The translations under genes and the position numbers were made by a program. From the NCBI GenBank assembly GCA_963793305.1, contig CAWBZV010000005.1, positions 192,001 through 256,000 of the forward strand: a DNA stretch of 64,000 bases, read 5' to 3'. A model generated the notes under the pieces. It worked only from the letters and a program-made list of their open reading frames with translations. It had not been told where the DNA came from and did no database searches. Source of the stretch: an uncultured Gemmatimonadales bacterium. GTDB lineage: Bacteria; Gemmatimonadota; Gemmatimonadetes; Gemmatimonadales; Gemmatimonadaceae. Each line of letters begins with the position of its first letter. Within the stretch, counting starts at the first letter, position 1. Below are positions 60,862-64,000 of the stretch, piece by piece.

Positions 60862-62034
60862 ATGGAAATCCAAGATTTTTACGCCGTCGACTCCTCGTTG
60901 TCCGAGGAAGAGCGCGCCGTGCGGGACAGCGTGCGCCGCTTCGTCGACGAGCGCGTGCTGCCGATCATCGGCCACTGTTACGTCGAAGGCCGATTCCCGA
61001 AAGAGCTGATCCCCGAGATGGGCGCGATGGGCTTGTTCGGCGCGAACCTCCCCGAAGAATATGGTTGCGCCGGGCTGAACAACGTCGCCTACGGTCTCAT
61101 CATGCAAGAGCTCGAGCGCGGTGACTCGGGCGTGCGCTCGTTCGCGTCCGTGCAAGGCGCGCTCGTCATGTATCCGATCTACGCGTTCGGCAGCGAAGAG
61201 CAGAAAAAGCGCTACCTGCCGCCGATGGCGACCGGCCAGACCATCGGCTGCTTCGGTCTCACGGAGCCCGACTTCGGCTCCAATCCGGCCGGCATGATCA
61301 CGACCGCGAAGGAGCAGGGCGACGGGAGCTTCGTGCTCAACGGCGCGAAGATGTGGATCACGAACGGCTCGACCGCGCACGTGGCGATTATCTGGGCGAA
61401 GACCGGCACTGACCAGGACTCGATTCGCGGGTTTCTCGTCCCCACCGACACGCGGGGATTCACGGCCAAGGATCAAAAGGGCAAGCTGTCCCTTCGCGCG
61501 TCGGACACGAGTGAGATCGTCCTGCAGGATGTCTGTATCCCCAAGGGCAATCTGCTCCCGAAGTCTGGAGGGCTGAAGAGTCCTCTCATGTGCCTCACGC
61601 AAGCGCGCTACGGCATCAGCTGGGGCGCCCTCGGGGCAGCCATGGCCTGTTTCGAAGAAGCCACGTCGTACGCCAAGCAGCGCGTGATGTTCGATCGCCC
61701 GATCGGCGGCTTCCAACTTCAGCAGCAGCGTCTGGCCGAGATGCTGACGGAGATCGTCAAGGCGCAGCTACTCGTCCTCCACCTCGGCCGCCTCAAGGAC
61801 GCCGGGACGTATACGCCGCAGCAGGTGTCGCTGGCCAAGCGCAACAACGTCAACATGGCGACCGATATCGCTCGCGAAGCGCGCCGCCTGCTCGGCGCCA
61901 ACGGCATTCTCGCCGAGTACGCGTCCATGCGACACATGGAGAACCTGGAGAGCGTGTACACGTACGAGGGAACGCACGACGTCCACACGCTGATCCTCGG
62001 TCAGGCGATCACTGGACTCAACGCATTCAACTGA
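60862..62034 (+). CDS. Acyl-CoA dehydrogenase, glutaryl-CoA dehydrogenase-like
   Basis: ELERGDSG.RS..SVQ, CFGLTEPDFGSNP, KMWITNG, SLRAS.T, TYEGTHD. Confidence 0.9.
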   Translation: MEIQDFYAVDSSLSEEERAVRDSVRRFVDERVLPIIGHCYVEGRFPKELIPEMGAMGLFGANLPEEYGCAGLNNVAYGLIMQELERGDSGVRSFASVQGALVMYPIYAFGSEEQKKRYLPPMATGQTIGCFGLTEPDFGSNPAGMITTAKEQGDGSFVLNGAKMWITNGSTAHVAIIWAKTGTDQDSIRGFLVPTDTRGFTAKDQKGKLSLRASDTSEIVLQDVCIPKGNLLPKSGGLKSPLMCLTQARYGISWGALGAAMACFEEATSYAKQRVMFDRPIGGFQLQQQRLAEMLTEIVKAQLLVLHLGRLKDAGTYTPQQVSLAKRNNVNMATDIAREARRLLGANGILAEYASMRHMENLESVYTYEGTHDVHTLILGQAITGLNAFN

Positions 62035-62775
62035 TGAAGATCGCCGTGTGCATCAAGCGCGTGCCGGACACCGAGACGCGCATCAAAATCTCTGGCACGA
62101 GCAAGATCGACGAGACCGGCGTCAAGTTCATCGCGAACCCCTACGACGAGTTCGCGGTCGAAGCCGCGCTCCAGCTCAAGCAAAAAGCCGGCGGCGAGAT
62201 CGTCGCGGTCTCCTTGGGTCCCGACTCGGCCCAGGAAACGATCCGGACCGCGCTCGCCATGGGCGCCGATCGCGGATTGCACCTGAAGACCGACGGCCAG
62301 CCGTACGACACCTTGGCTGTCGCCCATGCGCTCGCCGCGGAGCTCAAAGGCTACGATGTGATTTTGCTCGGCAAGATGGCGATCGATGACTACAACCATG
62401 CCATGGGCCCCGCGCTCGCCGAGATCCTGAATTTGCCATGCGTCAGTGCCGTGACGTTCTTTGACCATCGACGGCACGAAGGGCACCGCCGAACGCGAAG
62501 TCGAGGGAGGTGTCGAGGTCCTCTCCTTCCCATTGCCAGCCGTTATCACGACCGACAAGGGCCTCAACAAGCCACGGCTGCCGACGCTGCCGGGCATCAT
62601 GGCGGCGAAAAAGAAGCCGATGGAAAGCAAACCGGCCGCATTGGGCGCAACCCACGTCACGGTCCGTTCGCTGGCATTGCCACCCGAGCGTCCGGCGGGA
62701 CGCATTATCGGCGAGGGCGCAGCCGCGGTCCCAGAGCTGATTCGCCTGCTCCAGACGGAGGCGAAAGTTCTATGA
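62034..62775 (+). CDS. etfB: Electron transfer flavoprotein beta subunit; one frameshift near 62460
   Basis: MKIAVCIKRVPD, NPYDEFAVE, ALAMGAD, GKMAID; continues REVEGG...PRLPTLPGIMAAKKK. Confidence 0.92.
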
Positions 62776-63734
62776 TCCTGGCATTCGCGGAATCCCGAGG
62801 CACCGCGCTCCGCAAGGCAGCCTTTGAGGCCGTGACCGCTGCGCGCGAGCTGGGCGATGACGTTCACGCGATCGTGGTCGGCCCGAGCGGCATCGCCGCA
62901 CAAGCCTCGCAACTCGACGCGTCCCGCGTGCTGGTCGCGGAGCACGCCGCGTTCGCGCAATACAATCCCGAGGCGACCGCGGCGCTCGTCGCCGAGCATG
63001 TCAAAACAGGCGGCTACCGCGCGGTCTTCTTCGTGTCGACGGCGCAAGGTCGCGACCTCGCGCCGCGCGTCGCCGCCAAGCTCGGCGCCGCGTTCGCGCC
63101 GGACGTTACGTCGGTGGCCACGAACGGCGAGGAGATCATCGTCACGCACCCGGTATACTCGGGAAAAGCCATCGCGACGCTGGTGCTCACGGGCGCTCCG
63201 GCCGTCATCGCGGCCCGGCCCTCGACGTTCCAGCCGGCACGGACGGATAGCGCCTCGCCTTCCGTCGAGGCGATTACGCCGGTCGGCGATCCATCGGCGT
63301 CTCGCGTGGTCGTCACCGAGCTTCGCACCGGAGGCGGCGCCAAGCTCGATGTCAGCGAGGCCGCGATCGTGGTGAGCGGAGGCCGCGGGCTCAAAGGCCC
63401 TGAGCACTTCACGCTCGTCGAGGATCTCGCCGCCTCGTTCGGCAACGCGGCGGTCGGCGCCTCCCGCGCCGTGGTCGACGCCGGCTGGCGGCCGCATTCG
63501 GACCAGGTGGGCCAGACCGGCAAGGTCGTGAGCCCCGACCTCTACGTCGCCGTCGGCATCTCCGGCGCGATTCAGCATCTGGCCGGGATGCGCACGGCCA
63601 AGACCATCGTCGCCATCAACCGCGACAAGGACGCGCCGATCTTCAAGATCGCGGACTACGGCATCGTCGGCGATGCGTTCGAGATCGTGCCGGCGCTGGC
63701 GGCCGCGGTGCGCGAGGCGCGCCGCTCGGGATGA
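62772..63734 (+). CDS. etfA: Electron transfer flavoprotein alpha subunit
   Basis: VVSGGRG, GASRAVVDAGW, QVGQTGK, YVAVGISGAIQH, AINRD. Confidence 0.95.
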   Translation: MILAFAESRGTALRKAAFEAVTAARELGDDVHAIVVGPSGIAAQASQLDASRVLVAEHAAFAQYNPEATAALVAEHVKTGGYRAVFFVSTAQGRDLAPRVAAKLGAAFAPDVTSVATNGEEIIVTHPVYSGKAIATLVLTGAPAVIAARPSTFQPARTDSASPSVEAITPVGDPSASRVVVTELRTGGGAKLDVSEAAIVVSGGRGLKGPEHFTLVEDLAASFGNAAVGASRAVVDAGWRPHSDQVGQTGKVVSPDLYVAVGISGAIQHLAGMRTAKTIVAINRDKDAPIFKIADYGIVGDAFEIVPALAAAVREARRSG

Positions 63735-64000
63735 CGCCGGTCACCGAGTCGCTCTACCTGATCATTCTCGGACTCGCCGCCGGGTTCTTCTTCTACAACG
63801 CCCAGCGACTCGTCGACTACCTGCGCGTCGGCCGACCCGAGGACCGTACCGATCACCCCCTGGTCCGCACGAGGAATCTCATCTCGATCGGCGTCCTCCA
63901 GTCGAAGATCCTGCGCGATCCGCTGGCCGGCGCGATGCACGCGATGGTCTTTTGGGGTTTCATGGTGCTCACCGTTGGCTCGGTCGAGATCCTGATCCAA
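63731..64000 (+). CDS. N-terminus of a FadF-like membrane Fe-S oxidoreductase (partial)
   Basis: Manual translation MTPVTESLYLIILG...Q.KILRD..AGAMHAMVFWGF; open to the window end; follows etfBA. The Fe-S motifs lie outside the window. Confidence 0.7.
   Translation, partial: MTPVTESLYLIILGLAAGFFFYNAQRLVDYLRVGRPEDRTDHPLVRTRNLISIGVLQSKILRDPLAGAMHAMVFWGFMVLTVGSVEILIQ

Overview
A GC-rich bacterial chromosome segment. Gene content and synteny suggest Gemmatimonadota (inference). Scattered single-base frameshifts hit even essential genes, so most are probably assembly errors. Main blocks: (1) a type IVa pilus locus, pilS-pilR / three TMTC-like (GT-C + TPR) membrane glycosyltransferases plus a polyprenyl-phosphate-sugar synthase-like GT2 / sigma54 promoter / two near-identical Ser/Thr-rich major pilins / pilMNOPQ-aroC-aroK; (2) smg-topA-trmFO-xerC-hslVU, interrupted by a KirBac channel and a collapsed K+/H+ antiporter remnant; (3) argF-bcp, a 237-bp MITE-like element, a minor-pilin operon (FimT/PilV/PilW/PilX-like) and a decayed VapBC-type module; (4) mog, a sigma54 activator and a conserved hypothetical gene, then a lower-GC segment with a structured leader encoding an unannotated 19-aa peptide, a membrane HD-GYP phosphodiesterase and a fragmented BTAD-ATPase-TPR regulator; (5) moxR, a BsuPI-domain gene, the F0/delta half of an ATP synthase operon with a Rex-like box, an M1 peptidase with an Omp85-like C-terminus, and metabolic genes (cstA, LeuA-like, IDH-like, acyl-CoA dehydrogenase-etfBA-fadF-like). 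The best candidates for undescribed systems are the TMTC-like pilin glycosylation cassette (4350-11393) and the small-peptide / structured-RNA / HD-GYP module (37464-39972).
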